Shown piece by piece: positions 40,296 to 50,842 of a DNA stretch of 64,000 bases. The stretch is from the sequence record SRR31156797_967. One strand, written 5' to 3'. The position numbers were made by a program, and so were the translations under genes. Position 1 is the stretch's first letter. Every line of letters begins with the position of its first letter. A model generated the notes under the pieces. The model worked only from the letters and a program-made list of their open reading frames with translations. It did not search any database and was not told the origin of the DNA.

Positions 40296-40324
40296 TTGAC
40301 AAGGCATTGAGTTTATATTATACT
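40296..40324 (+). promoter_or_regulatory. SigA promoter of tRNA-Lys
   Basis: TTGACA-N17-TATACT. Confidence 0.75.
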
Positions 40325-40349
40325 TTCATAGTCTCAAAAAAATGAGCGT

Positions 40350-40425
40350 GATTCGTTAGCTCAGTCGGTAGAGCACCGGACTTTTAATCCGGGTGTCCGG
40401 GGTTCGAATCCCCGACGAGTCACCA
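40350..40425 (+). tRNA. tRNA-Lys (UUU)
   Basis: 76 nt; acceptor GATTCGT/ACGAGTC, D arm AGCTCAGTCGGTAGAGC, anticodon arm CCGGA-CTTTTAA-TCCGG, TTCGAAT, encoded CCA. Confidence 0.98.
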
Positions 40426-40430
40426 AGCCG

Positions 40431-40455
40431 AAACTCACTTGCAAGTGAGTTTTTT
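40431..40455 (+). terminator. tRNA terminator
   Basis: AAACTCACTTGCAAGTGAGTTTTTT. Confidence 0.8.
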
Positions 40456-40587
40456 GTTATTTTAGGAGAAGTATAGTTTATTGATTTATGTTTCTGACGG
40501 AACACTGATGGAAGATTAAAAACCAAAATCGGCTATTAAACTGGTTTTAAAGCAATTTTCGCTGCCTCCTGTTGTATTGCTGGTGAT

Positions 40588-41439
40588 TTATATTTTCAAA
40601 TACTTAAATAAACTTTCCCTTATTTCCTCAATAGACAATCTTGTAATTTGTTCTAAACTATATGTATTATCTAGATACTTTATGTGCTCACACCCTAAAT
40701 AGTATCCAACATCACTTTTGCCCTTGTAATTATTCCAATCGCCGAAGAAGGCAGAAGTACTAATTTGATTTTCAAGTCTGTACAAATATTCCTTACAAAT
40801 TTCTTTTTTATTGTTTTCACACCAATGCAGCCAATTGTCAGTATCCTGTTGATAGAATTTATTTCCTAATAATTTTTGCTGGTACCTTTGAGCAAAGCCT
40901 TCAATATATAATTGCCAAATACCATTATCTTCATTGTTGTTAAAAGAAATATCTATAGAACTACCTCTTAAAATACTATGAGCAATATGGCATAACTCAT
41001 GATATATTAATGCTTTTATTGATTCGATTTTGTGCCAGTTTAATTCTACAATTTTTTCAATACCTAATAATACAGTATAATTATTATTAAAATAAATCGC
41101 CCATCCGGCACTATTGCACAGTCCTACATATAAAAATATGACTATGTTTTGATTAAAATTAAATGTTTTGCAAAACAAATCATTTAAATCTTCAACGACG
41201 ATTTCAAAGTTGTTGTGTAGGATTTCAGTTTTTGCAAAATCACCTGATAAGCAATTAAGCAAACAAGGCTTAATCTGGCCGTTTAAATCATAGGATGCAG
41301 CATCTTTATAGCATAGTCCTTTGAGTCTTTTGTATTCAGAGATGTAATCCTCTCAGTGTTTTATTATATTGGATGGATTCATTTTAACTTTAAAATGCAT
41401 TCTATAGATTTCACTGTATGTATCAATTATTTTTATCAT
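40588..41439 (-). pseudogene. HExxH Zn-metallopeptidase-like gene (DUF2268/DUF5700-like) with internal TGA at codon 29
   Basis: ATG at 41439 is in frame with the 224-aa ORF; single TGA at 41355-41353 (..IKH*EDYI..); YHELCH, EGFA, GYYLG motifs. Confidence 0.7.
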
Positions 41440-41642
41440 AATTAGTTCTGACTTTGCATATTTAATCTGTATTAGTTTAATTGTGTAATACTAATTTTAC
41501 CATGTGTTAACTTATATTGCATGATTTTTAACAATATTATAGCAGGGAGAAAAAGGTTGATACACTTTTGATATAGGTATATTAGGTAATTAATATATTT
41601 ATATGTAGTTGGATTTTGAAATTTACAGATTATCTTAAGGAG

Positions 41643-41938
41643 ATGGAACTGAGCAACAAAAAGAAAACTAGTTTGAATGAAATTGGTGAAATAAATAAAC
41701 ATTGCCAATATTATTATGAGAAAAAATTCAGGTAGTAAAAGAAGAAAAAGGCAAGTATTTTACTATTTACAATCAATTAGTTACTGATGGAGAGCTAGAT
41801 ACGTACTTAGCATACGAAACTCTAAAATCTCAACGTAAATCTGAAGCATACCTAAAGACTATTAAGAATATCCTGATATTTTGTTTGGTAGTTTCTATCG
41901 TAGGGTTCGTAGTGGGAGCTATATTGATGTTTGGATAA
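41643..41938 (+). pseudogene. Frameshifted small protein with C-terminal TM
   Basis: MELSNKKK...YYEKK then shift at A6 run to IQVVKEEKGKY...IKNILIFCLVVSIVGFVVGAILMFG*; terminator follows. Confidence 0.45.
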
Positions 41939-41960
41939 CTGGTAAAACAGCAAATGACTG

Positions 41961-41988
41961 AAAGGCACCTAAAGGAGGTGTCTTTTTT
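41961..41988 (+). terminator. Intrinsic terminator
   Basis: AAAGGCACCT-aaagg-AGGTGTCTTTTTT. Confidence 0.75.
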
Positions 41989-42267
41989 GGAGCTTAAATA
42001 TTAAGGAATACTGGAGTGAATTGCCTCCATATTATGTAAGAACATTTATCTAATAAATATATTTTTAATTCATGGCTGTATAAGCTAAAAAAGTTCGCTG
42101 TGATAAATGTAATCTTTTATGCGTTCATAGCTTATTTTAAGATATAATAATTTTCTACAAATGATAAAATATACCTATATATTATTCTGATTACCCTTGA
42201 CAAACTTATAGATAATGCCATAATAGTATCTACAGAAATATCAATATAAGGGAAAAGGAATGAGATT

Positions 42268-43446
42268 ATGATTACAATACTACTATTAGTTTTGATATAT
42301 TTAGCATTTATAAGCCTTGGTTTACCTGATTCACTTCTGGGAGTGGCATGGGACGCTATTAGAAGTGACATGGGTCTATCATTGGATGCAGCTGGCTTAG
42401 TGGCAGTAATAGCAACAGTTGGTACAGTAACTTCCAGCTTATTAAGTGGATATATGATAAAAAAGTTGGGTACAGGCAAAATAGTTTTTATCAGCTGCCT
42501 GATGACCGGACTTGCCCTTCTGGGAGTATCGTTTATACCTAGTTTTATTTGGCTGTTGTTACTAGCTATCCCACTAGGACTTGGAGCAGGTACAGTGGAT
42601 GCTGCTCTGAATAATTATGTTGCGACACATTACAAAGCTCATCATATGAATTGGCTTCATTCTTTCTGGGGAGTAGGAGCTACACTTGGTCCGATTATTA
42701 TGGGACGAGCATTAGCTAGTGAAATGTCATGGCGAGGAGGTTATCGAATAATATCTTTGATTCAGCTATCCCTTGCTGTACTGCTTTTTTTGAGTCTACC
42801 GCTTTGGAAGAAAAATGAAAGTATCCAATCAAAACAAGTCCAAGAAGAAAAGAAAGATGATAATGAAAAAATCATAGATACGAAGGTATTAAAAACTAAA
42901 GGTGTAAAATCTGCTCTTGTTACCTTTGTTGTCTACTGTGCAATTGAGATTTCGATAGGGTTATGGGGAAGCAGTTATTTGATTCATGCCAAAGGATTAC
43001 CATCTGATACAGCTGCGTATTATATAGCAATCTATTATGGCAGTATAATGGCAGGCAGGTTCTTATCAGGATTTATTTCATTTAAGCTTTCAAACAATAA
43101 TATGATTAGAATTGGTATATTGGTAGCTTTTTCAGGAGCTATATTAATGGCTTTGCCATTACAAACCAATTTATTACTTGTTCCGTTTTTATTGATTGGA
43201 ATAGGTATGGCACCAATATTCCCAGCTATGATTCATGAAACACCAAGTAGATTTGGCAAAGATGATTCGCAAACAATAATCGGATTTCAGATGGCATCTG
43301 CCTATATAGGGGCATTATTAGTACCGCCTTTATTAGGTGTAGCACTTAAAAATATCTCTATGTATATATTCCCTGTCTTTCTACTTGTGTTTATGGCGCT
43401 TATGTTCTGGGTGACAAACAGTTTGAGAAAAATTAATTATAATTGA
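42268..43446 (+). CDS. MFS transporter
   Basis: About 12 TMs; YLAFISLGLPDSLLG, GAG.VDAALNNY, HSFWGVGA, APIFPAM. Confidence 0.92.
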   Translation: MITILLLVLIYLAFISLGLPDSLLGVAWDAIRSDMGLSLDAAGLVAVIATVGTVTSSLLSGYMIKKLGTGKIVFISCLMTGLALLGVSFIPSFIWLLLLAIPLGLGAGTVDAALNNYVATHYKAHHMNWLHSFWGVGATLGPIIMGRALASEMSWRGGYRIISLIQLSLAVLLFLSLPLWKKNESIQSKQVQEEKKDDNEKIIDTKVLKTKGVKSALVTFVVYCAIEISIGLWGSSYLIHAKGLPSDTAAYYIAIYYGSIMAGRFLSGFISFKLSNNNMIRIGILVAFSGAILMALPLQTNLLLVPFLLIGIGMAPIFPAMIHETPSRFGKDDSQTIIGFQMASAYIGALLVPPLLGVALKNISMYIFPVFLLVFMALMFWVTNSLRKINYN

Positions 43447-43475
43447 AAAAAAGAATGCACCTAGATGCATTCTTT

Positions 43476-44747
43476 CTAATGCAACCTCTGTTCCTCAATC
43501 ATTGTATTGATAAATACTCCGTGTCCCATGCTTGGATTGTTGACAAATACATGGGTAACTGCTCCTACTAGTTTGCCGTTTTGCATAATTGGCGATCCGC
43601 TCATGCCTTGTACTATGCCGCCTGTAGCTTCCAATAGTTCTTCGTCTGTAATAGTCACCAGAAAGTTCTTATTATTACTGGTGGAATTGTAATCTACTTT
43701 GGACAATTTACATTCATACGGTTTAATACCATCGTTGTCTATACTTGTATAAATAATTGCGCTGCCTTCTTTGACCTCATGATTTTGTGCTATATCCACT
43801 AACTCATTATGCTTGACAAAGGACTTATTAGTTAACTCACCAAATAGACCAAACTTAGTATTATGAAGAATAGAACCTACCTCATCTATATCCAGCACGA
43901 ATTCACCTCGGAGCTCACCCGGCATACCAGGAGTTCCTTTGAATATCTCCGATATCTTTGAATTGTATATCTGTCCGCATCGAATATCTAGAACAGTACC
44001 AGCATCAACGTCTGAGATAGAGTGACCCAGTGCACCGAATTCATAGGTTTGAGGATCAATATATGTAATTGTACCTACACCTGATGAACTGTCCCTTCCC
44101 CAGATGCCTATGTGGTATTGACCGTCGCTTCTGTCCTTTGCTGGCTGCACCAGAATATCTTTTGTCATTGAATTTCGTCTTACCGTGACATTTACTTCTT
44201 TTCCTTTGCATACTCTAATCAGATTGCCTAGATGTGCAGCAGAATCAACCTTTTTGCCATCTACATGAGTTATAAAGTCACCGATTAATATACCTGCATC
44301 CTCAGCTGGTGCTGCAGTCGTTTCATCTTTCTGTACAATACCGCTGTAAGCTACGACCAGCACTCCATCACACTGCATGATTATTCCTATGCTCTGCCCG
44401 CCTAGCAGTACCTTGTGTTCATTGACAGTTATAACATTTAGCTTCCTAGATGGGAAGATACCAAAAGCAGATATTGAAATATCGCTCTGGCTCTCTATTT
44501 CAGACAATATCTTTGCTCCGAGAGATGTTCCCATAAAAAAATCATTATTATTTGATAGTATAGACAATTCGCTGTCATCAGAAAGAGAATACTTTACTGG
44601 AATACCAAAGTCAATATCTACTGATTCACCTTTTTGAACAACTATCTTTTCAGGCAGTCTGGAGTATGTCTTAACTGGTTCAGAGTAGTTAATTACTATA
44701 GCTAAAACCGCCAGCATACATCCTAAAATTTTTCTTAATTTACTCAC
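43476..44747 (-). CDS. spoIVB: SpoIVB signalling peptidase (PDZ + S55)
   Basis: GGQSIG, W.RDSSSGVGTITY, FGALGH, TGGIVQGMSGSPI.QNGKLVGAVTHVFVN. Confidence 0.96.
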   Translation of the reverse strand: MSKLRKILGCMLAVLAIVINYSEPVKTYSRLPEKIVVQKGESVDIDFGIPVKYSLSDDSELSILSNNNDFFMGTSLGAKILSEIESQSDISISAFGIFPSRKLNVITVNEHKVLLGGQSIGIIMQCDGVLVVAYSGIVQKDETTAAPAEDAGILIGDFITHVDGKKVDSAAHLGNLIRVCKGKEVNVTVRRNSMTKDILVQPAKDRSDGQYHIGIWGRDSSSGVGTITYIDPQTYEFGALGHSISDVDAGTVLDIRCGQIYNSKISEIFKGTPGMPGELRGEFVLDIDEVGSILHNTKFGLFGELTNKSFVKHNELVDIAQNHEVKEGSAIIYTSIDNDGIKPYECKLSKVDYNSTSNNKNFLVTITDEELLEATGGIVQGMSGSPIMQNGKLVGAVTHVFVNNPSMGHGVFINTMIEEQRLH

Positions 44748-44827
44748 TAAAAAAACACCTTATATTTTAATATTTGCCTTAAACAGTTGATTTTCAAAAG
44801 TTAAGACTTTTTTATTGTTAGATAATA

Positions 44828-44857
44828 TAAGATGTTTTATGCTAGGTAATTTTATGC
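44828..44857 (-). promoter_or_regulatory. SigG-type promoter of spoIVB
   Basis: Minus strand GCATA-N18-CATCTTA versus consensus GHATR-N18-CATAHTA; spoIVB is a known forespore gene. Confidence 0.6.
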
Positions 44858-44894
44858 CGTAAAGACAAGTCGTAGATTTTTGTAGATAAATATA

Positions 44895-46610
44895 TTAATT
44901 TCTATATTTTTGTTTGAAATCATTGCTGTAATGGATGATTTCTTTAGCATGAGCATCGCTTAATGAGCTCATTGTTGTGCCGCCGACAAGTCGAGAAATT
45001 TCTTTGTATTTTTCTTCTTTTTCCAGTTTTGTTATTATTGTTTTGGTTTTATTATTTTCAATACGTTTGCTGATGAACATATGTATATCACTTAAGGCTG
45101 CTATTTGTGCTGAGTGAGTAACGCAGATAACCTGCCTGCCTGTTGCAATAATCGCCATTTTCTCGCCTACAACACGACTCATTTCTCCTGAAATACCTGT
45201 ATCAATTTCGTCAAAAATTAAAGTATCAATATCGTCTATTTGTGCTGTAATACTCTTTAGTGTCAGCATTATACGAGATAATTCACCGCCGGAAACAACC
45301 TGATGGAGAGGTTTTAATGATTCACCTAAGTTTGTTGATATCAAAAAGCGTACACTGTCGATACCATTTTTACCAAGTATTAATGAACCATCTTCATTCT
45401 TGTTGACTTTAAATAATGTTTCAAATTGTGAATTTCCCATACCTAAATCAGCTAATTGTTCTAGTATTTTTACTTTTAGCTGTTCACTTGATTCATGACG
45501 AAGCTGAGATATTTGTTTTGCTAGATTTAATGAATCATCGTACAGCTTGTCTCTTTTGTGCTCTAACTCATCCAGAATTATTTCATGTTCGTCCAATACA
45601 AGGAGTCTTTCCTCAATTTGTTTTTTGTAGTCTATTATTTCATTTACATCGGCACCGTATTTTCTAGTAAGCTTCTTAACCTGAGCAAGTCTATTTTCGA
45701 TCTGTTCTAAATCATTTAAATCAAAATCGAACTCTCGCTCCAGGTCTCGAATTTCATCGGCAATATCATCAAGCTCCATTGATGTTTCTTCCATTCTTTT
45801 TGCCAGCACCTGATATTTTTTGTCCATACCTGCAAGTGATGTGATATTATCTAGTGCAATTTGGATTAAAGATATGATAGATGAATCATCTGCAGTACCG
45901 GCAAAAGCATAGTGCGCATTATCAATACAGTTCTTGATATCTTCAGAGTTAATGAGTACTTCCCGCTGCTCACGAAGCAGAGTATCTTCATCAGGAATAA
46001 GGGCAGCTTCCTCAATTTCTTTTACCTGAAAAGTATACATCTCTATCTGCCTTTGCCGCTCTAATTCGTTTAGCTGCATGGCTGATATTTCATCTTTAGT
46101 TTTTTGGTATTCACTGTATTTTTGATTATAAAGATTTTTTAATTGAGATAATCTTTCACCGCAGTAACCGTCAACCACCACAATATGATTTGCTTCATCT
46201 AGTAGTGACTGATGCTGGTGCTGCCCGTGAATATCAACTAATGAATTTGTTATAGCTTTAAGCTGGGATAGGGTAGACACATGTCCATTAATACGACATA
46301 CATTACGTCCATTAGCAGACAGCTCCCTTCTGACCACCAGTTCATTGTCATCAGTTTCGAAATATCCCTTTAGAAGTGCTTTAGCCAAAGGTGACTTTGA
46401 TACATCGAAAATTGCTTCGACAATTGCTTTGTCTGCACCTGTTCTGATAAGGTTTTTGTCAGCCCGTTCGCCAAGAGCCAAATTAACTGAATCAATGACT
46501 ATGGATTTACCTGCACCTGTTTCACCTGTTAATATATTTAAACCTTCGCCTAATTCTATCTTTGCTGATTCAATAACAGCAACATTTTTTATAGACAAAT
46601 ATTGTAGCAT
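44895..46610 (-). CDS. recN: DNA repair protein RecN
   Basis: TGETGAGKS, DIHGQH, coiled coil, SGGELSR, FDEIDTG. Confidence 0.97.
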   Translation of the reverse strand: MLQYLSIKNVAVIESAKIELGEGLNILTGETGAGKSIVIDSVNLALGERADKNLIRTGADKAIVEAIFDVSKSPLAKALLKGYFETDDNELVVRRELSANGRNVCRINGHVSTLSQLKAITNSLVDIHGQHQHQSLLDEANHIVVVDGYCGERLSQLKNLYNQKYSEYQKTKDEISAMQLNELERQRQIEMYTFQVKEIEEAALIPDEDTLLREQREVLINSEDIKNCIDNAHYAFAGTADDSSIISLIQIALDNITSLAGMDKKYQVLAKRMEETSMELDDIADEIRDLEREFDFDLNDLEQIENRLAQVKKLTRKYGADVNEIIDYKKQIEERLLVLDEHEIILDELEHKRDKLYDDSLNLAKQISQLRHESSEQLKVKILEQLADLGMGNSQFETLFKVNKNEDGSLILGKNGIDSVRFLISTNLGESLKPLHQVVSGGELSRIMLTLKSITAQIDDIDTLIFDEIDTGISGEMSRVVGEKMAIIATGRQVICVTHSAQIAALSDIHMFISKRIENNKTKTIITKLEKEEKYKEISRLVGGTTMSSLSDAHAKEIIHYSNDFKQKYRN

Positions 46611-46671
46611 TATTTATTCCCCTTGTACTGATTCTAATATAAATCTATATCCAGTATCACTATTATATCAT

Positions 46672-47124
46672 TTATGAGATTAAATTGCCAAGCCTTGCGA
46701 CCATTTCATCACCGTCTACATCTTCGGCAATAATCAGCATTATGCAGTTATCGCCTGCAATTGTGCCTAGAATATCATCCCACTGCAGTGAATCAATAGT
46801 TTCTGCTGCAGCGTTGGCACTGCCAGATAGGGTATTAATAATTATTATATTTTTTGAGCGTTTTATCGATAGTACGGATTCGTAGAAAATACGTAGTTTT
46901 CTAGCTGACAGCTTGTCCACAGCCTTGTCACTGGTTGCGTACTTGTGGTTGCCTTTTCCATCACCTATTTTGATTAGCTGAAGTTCATTAATGTCTCGGG
47001 ATATAGTTGCCTGAGTTACATCAAAGCCCAGCTGGCGCATTTCATTAGCAAGGTCAAACTGAGTGTGAATATCCATCTTTTCAATTGTTTCAAGTATTGC
47101 CATTTGTCGTTGATTCTTTGTCAT
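46672..47124 (-). CDS. argR: Arginine repressor
   Basis: TQATISRDI, GTIAGDN; start placed at ATG 47124 after AAAGGA. Confidence 0.96.
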   Translation of the reverse strand: MTKNQRQMAILETIEKMDIHTQFDLANEMRQLGFDVTQATISRDINELQLIKIGDGKGNHKYATSDKAVDKLSARKLRIFYESVLSIKRSKNIIIINTLSGSANAAAETIDSLQWDDILGTIAGDNCIMLIIAEDVDGDEMVARLGNLIS

Positions 47125-47145
47125 AGTCTTTCCTTTCACTGTGAG

Positions 47146-48015
47146 CTATTTGATGCTCCAGCTGATAATTTTTTCTCTAAATCTATTAAAATAATCATCG
47201 TAACCAATTCTGATAAATTTGGCAGAGAATCCTGCCTTTGTTATGCAAACATTGCCTTTCATAGGGACAGGCAGCAGGTGCTGACCGTCGATAGTTATAA
47301 TCACGTCCTGCAGAAGGTCACTGGCTAGTACTTTGATGCATACATCATCGGATACTATCATAGGACGTGTATGAAGAGAATGAGAGCATACAGGGGTTAT
47401 TAGTATGCAGTTCACGCCAGGTAATACAATTGGACCGCCTGCTGACAGGGAATAGGCTGTAGAGCCGATGGGGCTTGCAACAAGTACACCATCAGCGTCA
47501 AAGCTATCTAGCAGCTGTTCGTTGACATAAACATCCAGCTTGATTATTCTGGCGTGTCCATGTCTTGATATATTAAAATCATTTACTGCCAACAAATCAC
47601 TTTGAACAATATTGTCATTTTCATCGTGTACACTAGCACTAAGAATAATTCTCTCTTCAATGGTAAATTCATTAGCTTTTATTTTATCCACCATATTATC
47701 TATATTGCGTTCATCCACTTCAGCAAGAAAGCCCTTGCGTCCGGCATTAATTCCCACCGTTGGGATACCAGATTTTGCAGAGCTTCTAAGAACAGAAAGT
47801 ATTGTGCCGTCTCCTCCTATTGTAAATATAGCGGAGCACTTTTTGCAGAAATTATTTAATTTTTCGCTATCTTTTGTATCATAATTATATACCTCATAAC
47901 TTAGTGAAGCTTTATCCAAAGCACAAGACAAGGCAGACAGTATGCTTTCTACTTTTTTCTTTTGCCTTAATGCTACTATTCCGAATGGTTTGTTTTTATC
48001 AATATTTCTATCCAT
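47146..48015 (-). CDS. nadK: NAD kinase
   Basis: GGDGT, GFL, ND motif, DGVLVASP.GSTAYSLSAGGP. Confidence 0.96.
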   Translation of the reverse strand: MDRNIDKNKPFGIVALRQKKKVESILSALSCALDKASLSYEVYNYDTKDSEKLNNFCKKCSAIFTIGGDGTILSVLRSSAKSGIPTVGINAGRKGFLAEVDERNIDNMVDKIKANEFTIEERIILSASVHDENDNIVQSDLLAVNDFNISRHGHARIIKLDVYVNEQLLDSFDADGVLVASPIGSTAYSLSAGGPIVLPGVNCILITPVCSHSLHTRPMIVSDDVCIKVLASDLLQDVIITIDGQHLLPVPMKGNVCITKAGFSAKFIRIGYDDYFNRFREKIISWSIK

Positions 48016-48095
48016 ACAGTTATATTATACATTATATTCTATATTATGAAAACATAAGGTTGAAAAAAAGTATAAAGTTATTAAAAAAAGATTAT

Positions 48096-48905
48096 TTACT
48101 GTTTCTTTTCTTTTAATTTGCTATGGGCATTATCAACTACCTGATTAATATTTATATTTGACATGGTATCTTTCTTTGAGCAGTATAGCACGAATTCTAT
48201 ATTTCCTTTAGGACCTGTTATTGGGCTAAAGTCAAGACCAATTGGGTTAAATGAAGTGTTCTCAGTTACAAAGCTAGTAATTTTGCTGATAGTCTCAATG
48301 TGTATTTCTTTCTTACGGATTACACCGCCTTTACCAACCTGCTCTCGTCCGGCTTCAAACTGTGGCTTTATTAGTACGGCAATCTCAGAAACAGAACTAG
48401 TGCAGACATCAATTGCTGGGAGTAATTTTGTCAATGAAATAAAACTAGCATCACATACAGCCAAATCGCAGACTTCGCCTAGTTTTTCTGGAGTCAGATA
48501 TCTGGCATTTGTACGTTCAAATACAATCACTCTATCATCATTGCGCAGTTTCCAGCTAAGCTGTCCATAGCCTACATCTACGCTGTACACTTTAGCTGCA
48601 CCATTTTGCAGCAAACAATCGGTGAATCCGCCTGTTGATGCGCCTACATCAAGCACAACTTTTCCTTTTGCATCTAGGTTAAACACTTTTAGAGCTTTTT
48701 CTAATTTGTAGCCACCTCGACTTACATACGGCATTTGCTCCTTGATAACTACTTTATCATTTGTAGTATCTACCGCATATGAAGCTTTATTAATAACACG
48801 TTCATTAACTAGTATCTGACCAGCCATTATTAATTTTTTTGCCATTTCTCTGGACTGTGTATAACCATTCTCGCTGAGATATTGGTCAAGACGGATTTTC
48901 TTCAT
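48096..48905 (-). CDS. tlyA: TlyA-family rRNA 2'-O-methyltransferase
   Basis: S4 domain, YVSRGGYKL, DVGASTGGFTD, SFISL, KPQFEAG. Confidence 0.96.
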   Translation of the reverse strand: MKKIRLDQYLSENGYTQSREMAKKLIMAGQILVNERVINKASYAVDTTNDKVVIKEQMPYVSRGGYKLEKALKVFNLDAKGKVVLDVGASTGGFTDCLLQNGAAKVYSVDVGYGQLSWKLRNDDRVIVFERTNARYLTPEKLGEVCDLAVCDASFISLTKLLPAIDVCTSSVSEIAVLIKPQFEAGREQVGKGGVIRKKEIHIETISKITSFVTENTSFNPIGLDFSPITGPKGNIEFVLYCSKKDTMSNININQVVDNAHSKLKEKKQ

Positions 48906-48925
48906 ATTCTTACCTTTAAAGTATG

Positions 48926-50842
48926 TTACTTTGCTCGTACTCCAACATCAATTAATTTTGGTACATTGTCTTTTGCAGACGTTTTTACAATCTTTTTTAT
49001 AACATTGCTTATGCTGTTTGAATCCAGGTAGTGACATCCATAGAGATATTCTTTATTACCATGAGCTACAAACACATCATCATAACCGAGGCAGATAGTC
49101 TCAGCATTTTTGCCCATTAAGTTTAATGTTTCCAGTATTGCAGAGCCAAATCCACCCTGAAGGAGATTGTCCTCTACGGTAATTATTGTATCATATGTAT
49201 CTGATATTTTCTCCAAAGTATCCATGTCAATAGGCTTAATAGATCGTGCATTGATTACATCTACGAAATTATACATATTATCCTTTTTGATTGCATCCAT
49301 ACATTTTACAAGCATCGAAGAATTGGAAAGGAGGACAATTCTTTTTTGCTTAGCATTTGTGCAGTACTGCCACTTAAAGATATCGTCCTGCGGATTGTTG
49401 TATATATTGTTTTTCGGAAGTTGATTCCCCAGAAGAACTGCTGTTGGTCTACATGAATTCAATGCTGTCTCAATGGTATTTTTTGCTTCGGCTTCGGTGG
49501 CTGGTATTAATACCTCCAGATTAGGTATATGCCTGAGGAATGAAATATCATATATACCGTGGTGTGTTTCACCATCATTGCCAACAATTCCGCTATTATA
49601 CACTATGAAATTAACAGGAAGATTCTGCAGACAAACATCATGGACAATCTGGTCATATGATCTTTGTAGGAATGTAGAATACACACAAAAGCATGGTTTC
49701 ATACCGCCAGCTGCCAGTCCTGCTGCCATTGTTACTGCGTGACCCTCGGCGATTCCTACATCAAAAAAACGCTTAGGGTGATTTATCTTATAGGATTCCA
49801 GCCCGCATCCGCTCTCCATAGCAGCAGTAATAACGCAGATTCTTGAGTCCTTTTTTGTCATGTCGGATAATTTTTTACTGACCTCAATTGGCAGATTATA
49901 TTTGCTTTTAACCTTTTTTTCGCCAGTTTCAATATCAAATGCTGAAGTTGAGTGATACTTGTCCGGAGACTCGCTGGCAAACTTACATCCTTTTCCTTTT
50001 TTTGTTTTAACATGGATAATAACTGGATCATCAATTTCCTTGCACTGATTAAGAATTGTAATAAGTTCTTCAATGTCATGACCATCTAGTATACCATAAT
50101 ACTTGAATCCCATTTCTTCAAACAATAGATTGTTAACAAACATATATCTGAATGTATCTTTTATTTTATCTAAAAGCTTAAATATAGGTTTACCAATTAG
50201 TGGAATTGCTTTTAACAATGAAGAGAAGAGAGTTTTAGTCTTTACATAGTAATTCTTTGTACGAAGATTAGACAGATACTTACTCATAGCTCCGACATTC
50301 TTACTGATGGACATTTCATTGTCGTTAATTATAACTATCAGTTTTTCTTTTTGATGTCCTACATCATTAATTGCTTCCCATACCATGCCGCCAGTTAATG
50401 CGCCATCACCGATTATAGCAACTACTCTATCATCCCTGCCTTGCAGCCGCTGGCTTCTGGCTAGTCCTACAGCAGCAGATATTGATGTGGAAGAGTGCCC
50501 GGTGTTAAAGCAGTCGCATTCGCTTTCCTCTCTTTTTGGGAAACCAGATAATCCATCCTGCTGTCTGATTGTATGGAATTGATCTTTTCTACCTGTTATT
50601 ATTTTGTGAGTATAGCACTGATGTCCTACATCAAAGACTATGGAATCCTTTGGTACATCAAAAACTTTATGGAGTGCCAGAGTAATCTCTACCATTCCTA
50701 AGTTTGATGCCAGATGTCCGCCTGTTTCTGATAAGGTGCTGATTATTTTATTTCTAATTTCACCTGATAGTTGATTCAGTTCGTCTATATTCAGTTTCTT
50801 GATATCTTGTGAATTATTTATGTTATCTAATATATTATTCAT
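48926..50842 (-). CDS. dxs: 1-deoxy-D-xylulose-5-phosphate synthase
   Basis: GGHLASNLG, FDVGHQ.Y.HK, GDGALTGG, DNEMSIS.NVG, DVGIAE.HAV. Confidence 0.97.
   Translation of the reverse strand: MNNILDNINNSQDIKKLNIDELNQLSGEIRNKIISTLSETGGHLASNLGMVEITLALHKVFDVPKDSIVFDVGHQCYTHKIITGRKDQFHTIRQQDGLSGFPKREESECDCFNTGHSSTSISAAVGLARSQRLQGRDDRVVAIIGDGALTGGMVWEAINDVGHQKEKLIVIINDNEMSISKNVGAMSKYLSNLRTKNYYVKTKTLFSSLLKAIPLIGKPIFKLLDKIKDTFRYMFVNNLLFEEMGFKYYGILDGHDIEELITILNQCKEIDDPVIIHVKTKKGKGCKFASESPDKYHSTSAFDIETGEKKVKSKYNLPIEVSKKLSDMTKKDSRICVITAAMESGCGLESYKINHPKRFFDVGIAEGHAVTMAAGLAAGGMKPCFCVYSTFLQRSYDQIVHDVCLQNLPVNFIVYNSGIVGNDGETHHGIYDISFLRHIPNLEVLIPATEAEAKNTIETALNSCRPTAVLLGNQLPKNNIYNNPQDDIFKWQYCTNAKQKRIVLLSNSSMLVKCMDAIKKDNMYNFVDVINARSIKPIDMDTLEKISDTYDTIITVEDNLLQGGFGSAILETLNLMGKNAETICLGYDDVFVAHGNKEYLYGCHYLDSNSISNVIKKIVKTSAKDNVPKLIDVGVRAK

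Noticed and set aside
41353-41355. TGA recoding to Trp (alternative genetic code)
   Set aside because: TGA terminates several clear genes in the window (htrA, DUF1667, rng, padR)
41472-41708. 78-aa minus-strand ORF
   Set aside because: AT-rich chance ORF, no RBS, overlaps the plus-strand remnant
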